Program-made: the position numbers and the translations under genes
Shown: positions 8,288 through 17,083 of the stretch, in pieces
Layout: every line of letters begins with the position of its first letter
Numbering within the stretch: the stretch's first letter is position 1
Source of the DNA: a virus
Taxonomy: Duplodnaviria; Caudoviricetes
Direction: 5' to 3' (one strand)
Virus record (IMG/VR): IMGVR_UViG_3300029822_000052
Coordinates: 1-30,616 of that record
Length of the DNA: 30,616 bases
Notes under the pieces: generated by a model
Seen by the model: only the letters and a program-made list of their open reading frames with translations
Database searches by the model: none
Told to the model about the DNA's origin: nothing

Positions 8288-8827
8288 TCACCCTTCCCCC
8301 GGCTCAGTGGTGGTATCGTGGATGTTGCCGATGACCTCAAGTTCATGCCCCAACGGATAATATGGAAGGTCTGCGCTTTGACTGCATTTCTCGCTCCCTT
8401 TTGGGGATTCGATTTCTTTTATTTGCTCCCATGTTTTCTTTGTAGGGCGCAGCGCTAATCCTAAGGTGGCGTTAATTTTTCCGAATTCAATCGCCATTTC
8501 GCAATAATAGTCGCAACCATGATGTTTATTTTTATTGGCGTACCAATTACTACCGCTGCCATGACGGTATACATTTACCAGCAGCACATCCCCCTCAAAT
8601 ATCATCACGCCGTTTTTGTCTTTAAGCCCTGTGTACTGGCCTACTGTGGCAGGGTCTACTTCATAGTCTGTCAATACGTCAACACCGTTGCGTATATGTG
8701 GCATCTTGATGTAGTGCTGGCTGCTTCTATGAAAATAGAATCCTTCTACCCAATCACCGTTATCAACCCACATTCCTTTGTCGTTATCAATCCGCTTTCC
8801 GCGAAATAGTATTTCTCTGTTCATCAC
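8288..8827 (-). CDS. YopX-family protein
   Basis: REILFRGKR...WVEG...VDPATVGQYTGLKDKNG..IFEGD...EVIGNIHD. Confidence 0.9.
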   Translation of the reverse strand: MMNREILFRGKRIDNDKGMWVDNGDWVEGFYFHRSSQHYIKMPHIRNGVDVLTDYEVDPATVGQYTGLKDKNGVMIFEGDVLLVNVYRHGSGSNWYANKNKHHGCDYYCEMAIEFGKINATLGLALRPTKKTWEQIKEIESPKGSEKCSQSADLPYYPLGHELEVIGNIHDTTTEPGEG

Positions 8828-9225
8828 TTTCCCCCTCCATCAACCTGTGCGCCGCGCCGCCATTGCTTTACAAGCCTGCGTATGCAATCATTGCCCTCGT
8901 GTACATTGCACCCAACACCACCTTCAAGACAAACCAAGCATCCGCCATCACTCACTACCTTTACAATCCTCTCCGCTTCTTCCAGCCTTGATTTTAACTC
9001 AACATTTTCAGCTTCTACGGCTATTCCTGTCGCCCACTGTTCGTTTATTACCTTATCCGCGCCCTTCAATTCTTTTGTTGCTTCTTCCAGCCTTGACTTG
9101 AGGGCAGCGTTTTCGGATTCTAAATGCGTCAAATACGCAATCGCTGAATTGAGTATCCTAATACTGCCTAACTCTAAATCTTCAAACCTCTCAATGTTTT
9201 TTAATTTGGTTGTCATCTCACTCAT
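8824..9225 (-). CDS. Hypothetical coiled-coil protein with internal repeat and Cys cluster
   Basis: EN..LKSRLEEA twice (17 bp exact repeat at 8975-8991 and 9080-9096); CLVC..C..C. Confidence 0.7.
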   Translation of the reverse strand: MSEMTTKLKNIERFEDLELGSIRILNSAIAYLTHLESENAALKSRLEEATKELKGADKVINEQWATGIAVEAENVELKSRLEEAERIVKVVSDGGCLVCLEGGVGCNVHEGNDCIRRLVKQWRRGAQVDGGGK

Positions 9226-9252
9226 TGCTGGCCTCCCTTTTTTAGCCGTATT

Positions 9253-9588
9253 TTACGGAGTTATTTGCCCTGCTTCCCATTCGCGGTATATTTCCATGAA
9301 ATCATCCAGCCGTATAATCATTACCCAATCTGCATTGTTTTTTCTATGGGCTACTACGGGTATTTCACCTTCCCGTGCGTCGCTTATAGCCTGTGCTAGA
9401 GCGTCATATAGGGATAGGCGTTCCGTGCGTTTCACTTCCAGATGTACACCCGGCAAACCCACTACATCCGCGTCACCGTTTGCCCCGCTGAATTGCTGTC
9501 CGCGTCTACAGTCATATCCGTAACCCCGCAGCTTGCTTGCGAGTTCTTGCTCCCCCACAACGCCTTTTCTTCTTGAATTTATTGCCAT
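9253..9588 (-). CDS. Holliday junction resolvase (Hjc-like PD-(D/E)xK)
   Basis: KG..GEQELA, RRGQQFSG..ADVVGLPGVHLEVKR. Confidence 0.8.
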   Translation of the reverse strand: MAINSRRKGVVGEQELASKLRGYGYDCRRGQQFSGANGDADVVGLPGVHLEVKRTERLSLYDALAQAISDAREGEIPVVAHRKNNADWVMIIRLDDFMEIYREWEAGQITP

Positions 9589-10175
9589 AATACCTCACTT
9601 GCCTTTCTAGTATTTCGCCCTATGAATTTTGGAACCGTTCCGTTAATAAAATCTTTGTAAAAGGCATATTTTTTTCCTCTGTAATGGCTCCGTTCACCGC
9701 GACATACACGAGATACCATTTCGCCCTGCCTTCCGCCTATATCTCTGGCCGCATCAGTTGCAGTATTATAAACTTTTCCATCATCAATCCGTATAACACA
9801 TAGTCCAGCCACCGGTTGCAACCCCAATTCATAAGCATGAACCTGATTATCCCGCTGTGATATTATTTCAAGGTTTGCAAGTGCATTATTTGCTTTATTC
9901 CCGTCTTTATGGTTTATTGTTTTTTCTTTATCGTATCCGCTCGTTATCCAACCTCCCATAAATGCAGAATAGACAAGCTTATGGACTCTATGGGTAATCG
10001 CAATATTATCTTTGCAAAGCGATATATAGGCATACCCGTTCCGTCTATTGATATAGGGTTTCATGATGCCGCCCTTCGTTGTTGTCCTGGGCAAACTCTT
10101 TATCCGTCCAAAGCTACTGGCTTGATAAAACCCCACGTAATCCGGTATATCCTTCCACACTTCTTTTTGCCTCAT
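9579..10175 (-). CDS. NUMOD4-HNH homing endonuclease
   Basis: EVWKDIPDYVGFYQASSFGRIKS; HKLV..F; INHKDGNKANNALANLE. Confidence 0.9.
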   Translation of the reverse strand: MRQKEVWKDIPDYVGFYQASSFGRIKSLPRTTTKGGIMKPYINRRNGYAYISLCKDNIAITHRVHKLVYSAFMGGWITSGYDKEKTINHKDGNKANNALANLEIISQRDNQVHAYELGLQPVAGLCVIRIDDGKVYNTATDAARDIGGRQGEMVSRVCRGERSHYRGKKYAFYKDFINGTVPKFIGRNTRKASEVLWQ

Positions 10176-10225
10176 CTTTTTATCTCCTTCCCCCTTTTTC
10201 CTTTATCCTTGCTCATTTTGCCCAT
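10172..10225 (-). pseudogene. Orphaned 5' end of a resolvase gene
   Basis: MGKMSKDKGKRGKEIKR*, stop overlaps the HNH ATG; parallels the N-terminus of 9253-9588 (MAINSRRKGVVGEQEL). Confidence 0.6.
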
Positions 10226-10377
10226 TTTTCATTTCCTAGCACGTGTTCTAGTCTAATTTCCATTGTTCGCTCAAGTATTCTAACTACAGCCGGATTATCT
10301 TTATGTTTGCTGTACGGTTCGTTTTTTAACTGTTCCTGCACAGCGGCTTTTGCCATTGCTTTTATGCTTTTATTCAT
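10213..10377 (-). CDS. 54 aa hypothetical protein
   Basis: Translated by hand (MNKSIKAMAKAAVQEQLKNEPY...); GGAGGTG RBS, ATG overlaps the helicase stop. Confidence 0.6.
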   Translation of the reverse strand: MNKSIKAMAKAAVQEQLKNEPYSKHKDNPAVVRILERTMEIRLEHVLGNEKWAK

Positions 10378-11378
10378 GATGCACCTCCAAACGGTATTTC
10401 GCCTTGATACGGTTCCATGTCGGGCTGCCAGCCATAATGCTTTGCTTCGCCGCGTTCGTTCAGAAATCGCCGCCCTTCCAGTTCAAAGTACATTCCAACC
10501 ATGCAATCCACTACGCCAAACTCACGATTTTTGCATACTTCGATTATGTTGTCGTATTCGAAGAATCTTTGAGAATTAGCCTCGCCGAACATTTCTTTCA
10601 TGGTACGCTTGAAGTCGTTGTTTACCCGGTGGATAATATACACGTTATCAGCCGCGTTGGATAAATCAGCCGAACCGGATATATCGTCTTTCCGTAAAAA
10701 ACCGTTTGATTTACGCGGGTGGCAAACGAAGATAATATGCACGTTCTTTTCCTTTGCCGTCATTACCAACCTTTTTACCACGTTCGCCTGTCTGTCGTAT
10801 TTATCACTGCCCATGCTGGTAACGTCCATGCTCATGAGGTTGTCTATAATCACCAAGTCGCCGCCCACCTTATCAATGCACCGTTCCACCGCGGGCACTA
10901 TCATTTCAACCTTTGGGCTATATCGGTTGTTGTACAGGTAAACCTTGTCGTTGAGCCACCGCACTACTTTATCCCGAACACCCACCTTCGTAGCAAACGC
11001 ATACGGATTGTCAGTTCGTACAAGGTTATCCTTCCCTGCCGCTGGTTGTATCAGCCAGTTCAGCGCCCTGTCAGCACGAAGCTCCCCGGAATACATGATT
11101 GTTTTATATCCCTGCTGTGCCGCTTCCAGTGCCAGTTGTGATAACCAGCTTGTTTTGCCACTGCCATTATTCCCGCTCACTATCGACAATTCGCCTTTAT
11201 CAAACCCCATGATTTTGCTGTCAAGCTGTTTGATACCGCTTTTGATAGTGACAACCTTTGACCTGTCAACAGGTTCTATATCGACCATGCGAAGAAACGG
11301 CGGTATGATTTCCTTTTGCAATAAATCTTCTTTCGCGTTCAGTGGCAGATTATCTAAAGCTGCTGCTTTCGTGTTCAT
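10374..11378 (-). CDS. Replicative helicase, SF4 (DnaB / T7 gp4-like C-terminal domain)
   Basis: Walker A GNNGSGKT, YSGE, IIDNL, HPRK, DISGS, KNREFG; probable start at 11378. Confidence 0.9.
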   Translation of the reverse strand: MNTKAAALDNLPLNAKEDLLQKEIIPPFLRMVDIEPVDRSKVVTIKSGIKQLDSKIMGFDKGELSIVSGNNGSGKTSWLSQLALEAAQQGYKTIMYSGELRADRALNWLIQPAAGKDNLVRTDNPYAFATKVGVRDKVVRWLNDKVYLYNNRYSPKVEMIVPAVERCIDKVGGDLVIIDNLMSMDVTSMGSDKYDRQANVVKRLVMTAKEKNVHIIFVCHPRKSNGFLRKDDISGSADLSNAADNVYIIHRVNNDFKRTMKEMFGEANSQRFFEYDNIIEVCKNREFGVVDCMVGMYFELEGRRFLNERGEAKHYGWQPDMEPYQGEIPFGGAS

Positions 11379-11943
11379 ATCCAAGCCGTTCCACTTCCTT
11401 TCTGCATGCAAGATATATTTCCAGCTTTTCGTTAAATTCCCCGTATATCAGCATGTTCACTATGTGCTCTATCCTGTCAATGTCGTTCATGCACCGGGAA
11501 TAATAATCCATAAGGTGCTGATGCTTGAACCACAGCGGCGTTATGTTGTTCCGCACCCATTCCAAATGCCTTAGCTCGTCAGCGTATATCGTATAAGCCC
11601 GTGATTCCCATGCCTCAAACGCTTCAACAAGATTCTTTTGCCTCTCCCGTTTTTTAACCTTCGCCTTGTCAGGCTTTCCGGTGTTTAGCCCCAGCCCAAA
11701 ATCCGCATTGATTTTCTTTACCGCCTCGCCAATGCTGATTCCAAAATGCTTTGATACGAAGTCCACCGCAGAACCGCTTTCACCACACGCCCAGCACCTA
11801 TAACGGTTGTGCTTGAATCCCACAGACGGGTTTTTATCAGGATGGAACGGACATAGGGCTTTATTCCTGACAACGGGTATTCCGTAGAACTGGAATGCGT
11901 CTTGTATATCCACGCTGTCCATGATTTGCTCAAATACCGTCAT
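11350..11943 (-). CDS. CHC2 zinc-finger protein (primase Zn-binding domain without TOPRIM)
   Basis: CPFHPDKNPS...RCWACGESGSAVDFV; only 197 aa. Confidence 0.85.
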   Translation of the reverse strand: MTVFEQIMDSVDIQDAFQFYGIPVVRNKALCPFHPDKNPSVGFKHNRYRCWACGESGSAVDFVSKHFGISIGEAVKKINADFGLGLNTGKPDKAKVKKRERQKNLVEAFEAWESRAYTIYADELRHLEWVRNNITPLWFKHQHLMDYYSRCMNDIDRIEHIVNMLIYGEFNEKLEIYLACRKEVERLGYEHESSSFR

Positions 11944-12674
11944 AGCTGGAACACTCCCTTTTCAGTTTCGGTAACCGTTGGCGCAGCTCGCGATTGCCCG
12001 TCGCGTTTTTCCCATGTTCTAACCGAAGCCTTCCAGTCCTTCATTTTGTTTTTTCCTACCATCCAGCCCTTTGATTCATAGAAGGCTACGAAATTGCCTG
12101 CATTTACCGCGTTAGCCCTTTCTTTACAGTATGCCGAAACTTCTTCTTCCGTAGGAGGAAGAAATTTCTTTTTGGAGGGCGCGGGTGGCGAAGCGTCAGT
12201 GAAGCCCCCTCTCTCTTCTGGTTCTTTTTCTGGTTCTTTTTCTGGTTCTTGTTTCGAAAGGGTTTGGGTAACGCTTTGCATAACCGTTTCGTAACCCTTT
12301 CCCAACCCTTCCAGAATGCGCATGAAATAGCCAAAAAGCGAACTATGCATAACTTCTTCAAGTTTTTTGCATGCTGATTTTTTTTGATTTGGGTTTTCAA
12401 GTGGATTATGCTTTAGAAAATTGACAATTAGAACTACAGAAAACCGTTCGTCATACCTTACTTGACCGTTACGCAACAGTTCACCCAACCGTTTCGAAAC
12501 CGTTTCTTGCGTCCATCCTAAATCTGCCATAATGTATTTTTGAGGCAGCCTATAAAAGCCAATAAGATTTCTGTGTGGGCATGTCATTAAATATAGAAAA
12601 AGTAACTTTGCGCCGTCAGATAGGTTATCATTTTTTTCATCTGTCCAAAACGAATCATATATCCCTGTATACAT
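11940..12674 (-). CDS. Phage replication initiator / replisome organiser
   Basis: SFWTD..KLLFLYLMT..IGFY N-terminal wHTH; EPEK linker; FLPPT...FYESKGWMVGKNKMKDWKASVRTWE C-terminal domain. Confidence 0.8.
   Translation of the reverse strand: MYTGIYDSFWTDEKNDNLSDGAKLLFLYLMTCPHRNLIGFYRLPQKYIMADLGWTQETVSKRLGELLRNGQVRYDERFSVVLIVNFLKHNPLENPNQKKSACKKLEEVMHSSLFGYFMRILEGLGKGYETVMQSVTQTLSKQEPEKEPEKEPEERGGFTDASPPAPSKKKFLPPTEEEVSAYCKERANAVNAGNFVAFYESKGWMVGKNKMKDWKASVRTWEKRDGQSRAAPTVTETEKGVFQL
12216..12505. repeat. Iteron-like repeats inside the initiator gene (candidate origin)
   Basis: TTCTGGTTCTTT about 3 times (12216-12250); AACCGTTTCG(T/A)AACC at 12282-12296 and 12487-12501; GTTTCGAAA at 12251. Confidence 0.5.
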
Positions 12675-12774
12675 TTGTTATGCCCCCAAAAGTCGTTTGT
12701 TCTGTTTGTAATGCACTCACTTCTTTTCCTCCAAAATTTATTTACTAATGGTTTGTTCGGCATTATTCCTCTAC

Positions 12775-13170
12775 TTAAAACGGAACTTCCGCATCATCCA
12801 GCGGTTGAAAATCTCCGTCGAACAAATCTTCTGTTGGCTGGTTTTCCTTCTGCGCCTTGCTGGTGACAAATTCAACATCATCTGCCAACACTTCCGTTAC
12901 ATATTTCCGCACGCCGTTTGCGTCGTCGTAGGTTCTGGACTGCAACGATCCCGTTATGCCGATGCTTGAACCGCGCTTAAAATATTTTGCTATGAATATT
13001 GCGGTTTTACCAAAAGCGACGCAGTTGATCCAATCAACCATTTTTTCGCCATTCTCATTTTTAAATTTTCTATCTACTGCCATGCTGAAAGAAGTAACCT
13101 CTGTGCCCTTCGCTGTCGTGCGTTGATCAGGGTCTTTCCCAAGACGTCCCACACCTATCCACTTATTCAT
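12775..13170 (-). CDS. ssb: Single-stranded DNA-binding protein
   Basis: GRLGKDP, FSMAVDR, INCVAFGKTA, GSLQSRTY, acidic tail DDAEVPF; start at 13170. Confidence 0.95.
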   Translation of the reverse strand: MNKWIGVGRLGKDPDQRTTAKGTEVTSFSMAVDRKFKNENGEKMVDWINCVAFGKTAIFIAKYFKRGSSIGITGSLQSRTYDDANGVRKYVTEVLADDVEFVTSKAQKENQPTEDLFDGDFQPLDDAEVPF

Positions 13171-13738
13171 TTGCAGCCTCCTTCCCATACCTTTGTTCCA
13201 TATGCAACCTTGCATGTGTTTCTCTATTCATCAATTCAAGATTTTCTATTCTGTTGTCGTCCTTAACTCCATTCTTGTGATGAACGCATTCCCACGGCTC
13301 CAGGTACCTGCCTATGAATTGCTCCATAATAAGTCTATGCTCTAAAATTGCCTTATCCCTCCCAGCGCATGGATGGTCTGGAGAATATACCAGCACATAC
13401 CCGTCTCCGCGGCCCCGTCTTCCGCCTTTCCATCTATAGTTGAGTGCGCCACTGTTTTTCTTTCGATGCTTTTCAATCTCTTCGGCGCTCTTGGCTCTCC
13501 CGTATGCCCAATATGCGTCTTTTCCCTTAAGCCCGATATGAGGGTGTTTATGGTGCTTCCATGTATACCTCGCTTGTTCTGCTTTGCTCCGCACCTTAAT
13601 CCCTGCCATACGTAGCATCTTCGATATGACTGCATGGTCTTTTTCAAGCATTTCCCCAATCTGACGCGTGCTTTTCTTATTGTTTATGTATTCTTCTCTG
13701 AGAAACATCTCGATTTCAGGTGTTATTACTTTATTCAT
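13163..13738 (-). CDS. HNH homing endonuclease
   Basis: NYRWKGG...GY...EHRLIMEQFIGRYL...VHHKNGVKDDNRIENLEL. Confidence 0.9.
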   Translation of the reverse strand: MNKVITPEIEMFLREEYINNKKSTRQIGEMLEKDHAVISKMLRMAGIKVRSKAEQARYTWKHHKHPHIGLKGKDAYWAYGRAKSAEEIEKHRKKNSGALNYRWKGGRRGRGDGYVLVYSPDHPCAGRDKAILEHRLIMEQFIGRYLEPWECVHHKNGVKDDNRIENLELMNRETHARLHMEQRYGKEAANE

Positions 13739-13746
13739 ACTTCCTC

Positions 13747-14037
13747 CTACAAAATTGATATTCCGAACACATCTCTGAATTCTTCCCGTGTATGTGTTTC
13801 CTCAAACTTCCGTTGTGCCAATTCTTGTAACTCTCTCATTAGTTCATAATTGCCGTTGTGTACGCCGTATTTGCCCGTATGGTGCTCCATGCAAAGCAGT
13901 AGCTTTAACCCGTACTTCTCGCTCATTACACGCCGTCCAGAACCGCATATACAATGGTGCGAGTGTAAGAATTGATTAGAACCACATACGTAGCACCAGG
14001 GTTCTTCCTCGTAGTCTTGAATGATTGATTTAGCCAC
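13747..14037 (-). CDS. Small Zn-binding HNH-like protein
   Basis: CYVCG..HSHH..G..RR..SEKYGL..LC..HH..GVH. Confidence 0.7.
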   Translation of the reverse strand: MAKSIIQDYEEEPWCYVCGSNQFLHSHHCICGSGRRVMSEKYGLKLLLCMEHHTGKYGVHNGNYELMRELQELAQRKFEETHTREEFRDVFGISIL

Positions 14038-14365
14038 TACGGAATTCCCTTTCTATGGTGTCCTGCAATACCCTTATCTGAAGCTTGTAAATATTTATAG
14101 CTTCCTGCGCGGCCTTGTAGGTGACTTCTGCACAATCCCGTTCGAACTTCAACCGGGCAATGTTCTTATCCCCACGGCATATATCAGATATTACGGTTGC
14201 GGGTGTTCCCTTATCACGCTCAATCAAAATCTTCTGTGCGAGTGCAATGCGGTATTTTTCTTCAGCTCCGGCGTTATCCCGTCCACGTTTTCCAAACTGC
14301 TTTAATGCGCTATCCAACAATCCGATCTTCCCGGACAGCTCAACCATTAAATCTTGCCCACTCAT
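14030..14365 (-). CDS. Conserved helical phage protein in the recombination module
   Basis: 111 aa ORF coupled to the SSAP gene. Confidence 0.7.
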   Translation of the reverse strand: MSGQDLMVELSGKIGLLDSALKQFGKRGRDNAGAEEKYRIALAQKILIERDKGTPATVISDICRGDKNIARLKFERDCAEVTYKAAQEAINIYKLQIRVLQDTIEREFRSG

Positions 14366-15009
14366 GCTGCACCGTCTTTCTTCACCAGGTTTTCAAGGCT
14401 TTTTATAATCGAAGCCGCCGAAACTTCCGTCAATTCTCCCAACGTCTTGACGTTCTGCTTTTTCAACAACGCTTCAAGCGGTTTTCCTATTTCAAACAAC
14501 AATTCCTGAATTCGTTTGGCCTGCTCGGGTGTTGCTGTGGGCACCTTTTCCATAGTGTTCTGAAAATCATGCTGCGGTGCCGCATACTTTGTCCTGTCTT
14601 TATCCCAGTAAATATCCGCGCCGAATCCAAGCGATTTACACGATACGGATATTGCGTCTGTAAGCGCCATTTTAAAACACTCGTCATTGGTGTAAAGTCC
14701 ACCTTTTTCTTTAGAGACAAGGCTGCTGCCACCAGTGCCTACAATGGGCATACTCCATTCGCCATCTATTTTGATATAAAGCTCAATGCTTACAAAGCAC
14801 GCCATAACACCGTCGGCTCCTGCTTCCGTCCATCTGTCAATAATTTTGTAATACCAACCAACGCCACACGGGCCGAAGTGTTCTGTAAGCGTCTTCATAC
14901 GCCACATGGGATTTATATCCGTATACCCATTAAGCCTGCCACCCTTGATTGTTTTCTGTGCTTCTTGCGGTACCTTGCGCACCTTTTCGTACAATTCAAG
15001 ATTTTTCAT
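14362..15009 (-). CDS. Single-strand annealing protein, Rad52/Sak family
   Basis: YTDINPMWR..LTEHFGPCGVGW, KMALTDAIS..LGFGADIY. Confidence 0.8.
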   Translation of the reverse strand: MKNLELYEKVRKVPQEAQKTIKGGRLNGYTDINPMWRMKTLTEHFGPCGVGWYYKIIDRWTEAGADGVMACFVSIELYIKIDGEWSMPIVGTGGSSLVSKEKGGLYTNDECFKMALTDAISVSCKSLGFGADIYWDKDRTKYAAPQHDFQNTMEKVPTATPEQAKRIQELLFEIGKPLEALLKKQNVKTLGELTEVSAASIIKSLENLVKKDGAA

Positions 15010-15509
15010 TATCGTATCCTCAAACTTTCTGACTGCTTTAACGCGGTGTATTTTACTTCCGCGCCTCCTTTTAGAATGTCCTTTAGTCTGGTCTTATCAA
15101 TTGATACAGTACGCTTGAGCAGATCGGGCGCGTTTTGCGTTGCCCAGTTTATAAAGCGTGTCTCGTCCTCTATCTCCACGCTTGGCGCGTTCTTTTGAAT
15201 GTTGAAGCTAAACAGGTCTGTTTTGATTTTCGGTTTACCCACGCGCACCATTGTTTCTTCCAGTCGACGTTTAAGGTCTTTGGCTGCATTCCTGCATGTG
15301 GTTTCTTTTTGTGACAACCTGTCCTTTTCAGCCTTTGCTATTTCAGCTTGCCCTTCAAGCTGCCGTATTACCTTTGCGTACCCATCAGCCTTGTCTTCGA
15401 TTTCGCCCTCGATTGATTCCAGTGTATCCTTTATGGCATCAGCGTCTGCCCCTTCTTCTGCTAGTGCTAACACTGTTTCCCATTGTTCCGTTAATTCATA
15501 TAGATTCAT
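15009..15509 (-). CDS. Siphovirus Gp157 family protein
   Basis: MNLYELT..DTLESIEGEIEDKADGY..KIKTDLFSFNIQKNAPSV..SLRIR. Confidence 0.9.
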   Translation of the reverse strand: MNLYELTEQWETVLALAEEGADADAIKDTLESIEGEIEDKADGYAKVIRQLEGQAEIAKAEKDRLSQKETTCRNAAKDLKRRLEETMVRVGKPKIKTDLFSFNIQKNAPSVEIEDETRFINWATQNAPDLLKRTVSIDKTRLKDILKGGAEVKYTALKQSESLRIR

Positions 15510-15940
15510 TTGGCTGCCTCCCCATCAAAATATTTTGCAAAATACTTTTCAAACCAATCACGCTTTGCTATAAGGTCTGCCGCTTCGTTTTGTTTCTTCT
15601 GTATTTCGTTATTAAGTTTATCCATTACGCTGTTTTTCTCCAGCCGCAACTCGTGGTCACTGCAATGGGTAATTTCTATTCCATCTGTCTTAGTGTTAAA
15701 ATTGATAAATTCAATGGTTGAACCGCTGTAATCACTCTTAAACACCGCAATCTGAATGGTAGGCAGGTCTTTGAAGTTTACAAATTGCACAATCACACCC
15801 GGCAAAATGTCGTATGAATCGTTGTATACCTTGCGTAGCACTTTTATGTTGTCGCCGACTCTAAACTCGTCAATCCGCTTGGCGGTGGTCATATCCATTT
15901 CCATTTTGATCCCGTCGATATCAATAACTCGTTTTTCCAT
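15506..15940 (-). CDS. Hypothetical protein
   Basis: Probable start MEKRVID at 15940 with AAGGA RBS. Confidence 0.75.
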   Translation of the reverse strand: MEKRVIDIDGIKMEMDMTTAKRIDEFRVGDNIKVLRKVYNDSYDILPGVIVQFVNFKDLPTIQIAVFKSDYSGSTIEFINFNTKTDGIEITHCSDHELRLEKNSVMDKLNNEIQKKQNEAADLIAKRDWFEKYFAKYFDGEAAK

Positions 15941-15941
15941 C

Positions 15942-15970
15942 TTGTTTTCCTTGCCTTTCTGTGCTATCAT
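15942..15970 (+). promoter_or_regulatory. Antisense promoter over the RBS of the 15506-15940 gene
   Basis: TTGTTT-17-TG.TATCAT. Confidence 0.5.
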
Positions 15971-16006
15971 AAGCACGTAGAATGATTTGATGGTTGTTCT
16001 GAGTCG

Positions 16007-16189
16007 CTATTCGCTGTAGCGGCTTTTTCTTTTTTCTGGCAGTCGCATCTTTCGCCTGCGCCGCCGCGCCCACACCGCGCGCATACATATCTCTCTCAAT
16101 GGCGGAATCAGGCAGTATACACCGTACGCGCCCAGCGTGATAAGCAGCCCCAGCACCATGCTCTCCGCTACAAAATCCATCAGCCCCAC
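16007..16189 (-). CDS. Small membrane protein
   Basis: AAGGAG RBS, hydrophobic segment then Arg-rich tail. Confidence 0.6.
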   Translation of the reverse strand: MGLMDFVAESMVLGLLITLGAYGVYCLIPPLREICMRAVWARRRRRKMRLPEKRKSRYSE

Positions 16190-16224
16190 TCTCCTTTCTA
16201 TATTGCTTTTAATGCGCCGTATCG

Positions 16225-16443
16225 CTAAACTACGAGTTGCGTTACGCCGTATTTCATATAATGCACAAACGCCAAACGCGGGATAAGTACACGGGAATTT
16301 ATTACCACCACAGGAAACCCCAGCTTTTCCGCATCATAATGTGCCTGGTCTCGTACTTTCTGCGCTCCAACACCCATATACTCCGCAACTTCCTCGGCGC
16401 TTAAGAAATCCGATTTTTTGTTTTCTAATTCTTGAAGTGTCAT
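16225..16443 (-). CDS. Excisionase-like winged HTH protein
   Basis: FLSAEEVAEYMGV...LGFPVVVINSRVLIPR. Confidence 0.7.
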   Translation of the reverse strand: MTLQELENKKSDFLSAEEVAEYMGVGAQKVRDQAHYDAEKLGFPVVVINSRVLIPRLAFVHYMKYGVTQLVV

Positions 16444-16901
16444 ATCCCGTTTTCCTCACACATCCGCAAATATTCCTCGCATGCCCTTTGCAGTGCTTCC
16501 ACAGCAGGCCTGCGCTTCTGCATAAGCGGTTTCTCGTTGTCAGTGATACGTTTGTCGCCCGCCACCTTAAGCAGCGTATCGGCTATCTCTGGCGCGTCTG
16601 ACGAGCAGTTATACCAAAGCACCGCCAAATCAGTGATTCCGTGCTGTTCGTTATTGAACTCGCCCCGATGCACCGGGCACACATGAGCGCAATAATAGTC
16701 TTGCAGCCACGGCGCGCGGTATACGTCTGCCATCAGCAGCATGGTTTCGCGCGGCACTTCCAGCGCACTGGTCTCATACTTAATGAGCGTATCGGGTGAC
16801 ACGCATATAGATTCCGCTGCCCCGTACCTGCTCAACCCCGCATCTTCCCGCGCTTGGAAGTATTTATTTGCTTTTGTAGTGTCTTTATAGCCCTTTGCCA
16901 T
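16440..16901 (-). CDS. XRE-family HTH regulator (possibly CII-like)
   Basis: AREDAGLSRYGAAESICVSPDTLIKYE HTH; YCAHVCP motif. Confidence 0.75.
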   Translation of the reverse strand: MAKGYKDTTKANKYFQAREDAGLSRYGAAESICVSPDTLIKYETSALEVPRETMLLMADVYRAPWLQDYYCAHVCPVHRGEFNNEQHGITDLAVLWYNCSSDAPEIADTLLKVAGDKRITDNEKPLMQKRRPAVEALQRACEEYLRMCEENGI

Positions 16902-16921
16902 TTACCTGCTCCTTAACGTGT

Positions 16922-16969
16922 CGTGTTGCATATTCCCGCCGTGTTGCATGTTTCTGTGTGTGTTATAGT
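16922..16969 (+). promoter_or_regulatory. Direct repeats plus extended -10 (candidate activator-dependent promoter)
   Basis: CGTGTTGCAT at 16922-16931 and 16940-16949; TG.TATAGT at 16961-16969. Confidence 0.45.
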
Positions 16970-16985
16970 GTGTGTAATAGGTACT

Positions 16986-17015
16986 TTGAAAACTTCATAT
17001 TTCTTGTGGTATAAT
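16986..17015 (+). promoter_or_regulatory. Plus-strand promoter
   Basis: TTGAAA-18-TG.TATAAT, followed by SD-like GAAAGGCGGTG. Confidence 0.6.
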
Positions 17016-17083
17016 CGCCCTGAAAGGCGGTGCGTTCGCGGTAGTCGGCGCTGCCGTGTCAGCTGTTATATCTGCCATCGTAA

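Noticed and set aside
9246-9258. Extra repressor operator CCGTA-TTT-TACGG
   Set aside because: 3 nt spacer instead of 4 and no promoter nearby
12655-12720. Programmed frameshift joining a 21-codon upstream ORF (GGAGG, GTG) to the initiator at TTTTGGGGG
   Set aside because: The initiator frame has a TAA between that site and its ATG; more likely a stub or coupling peptide
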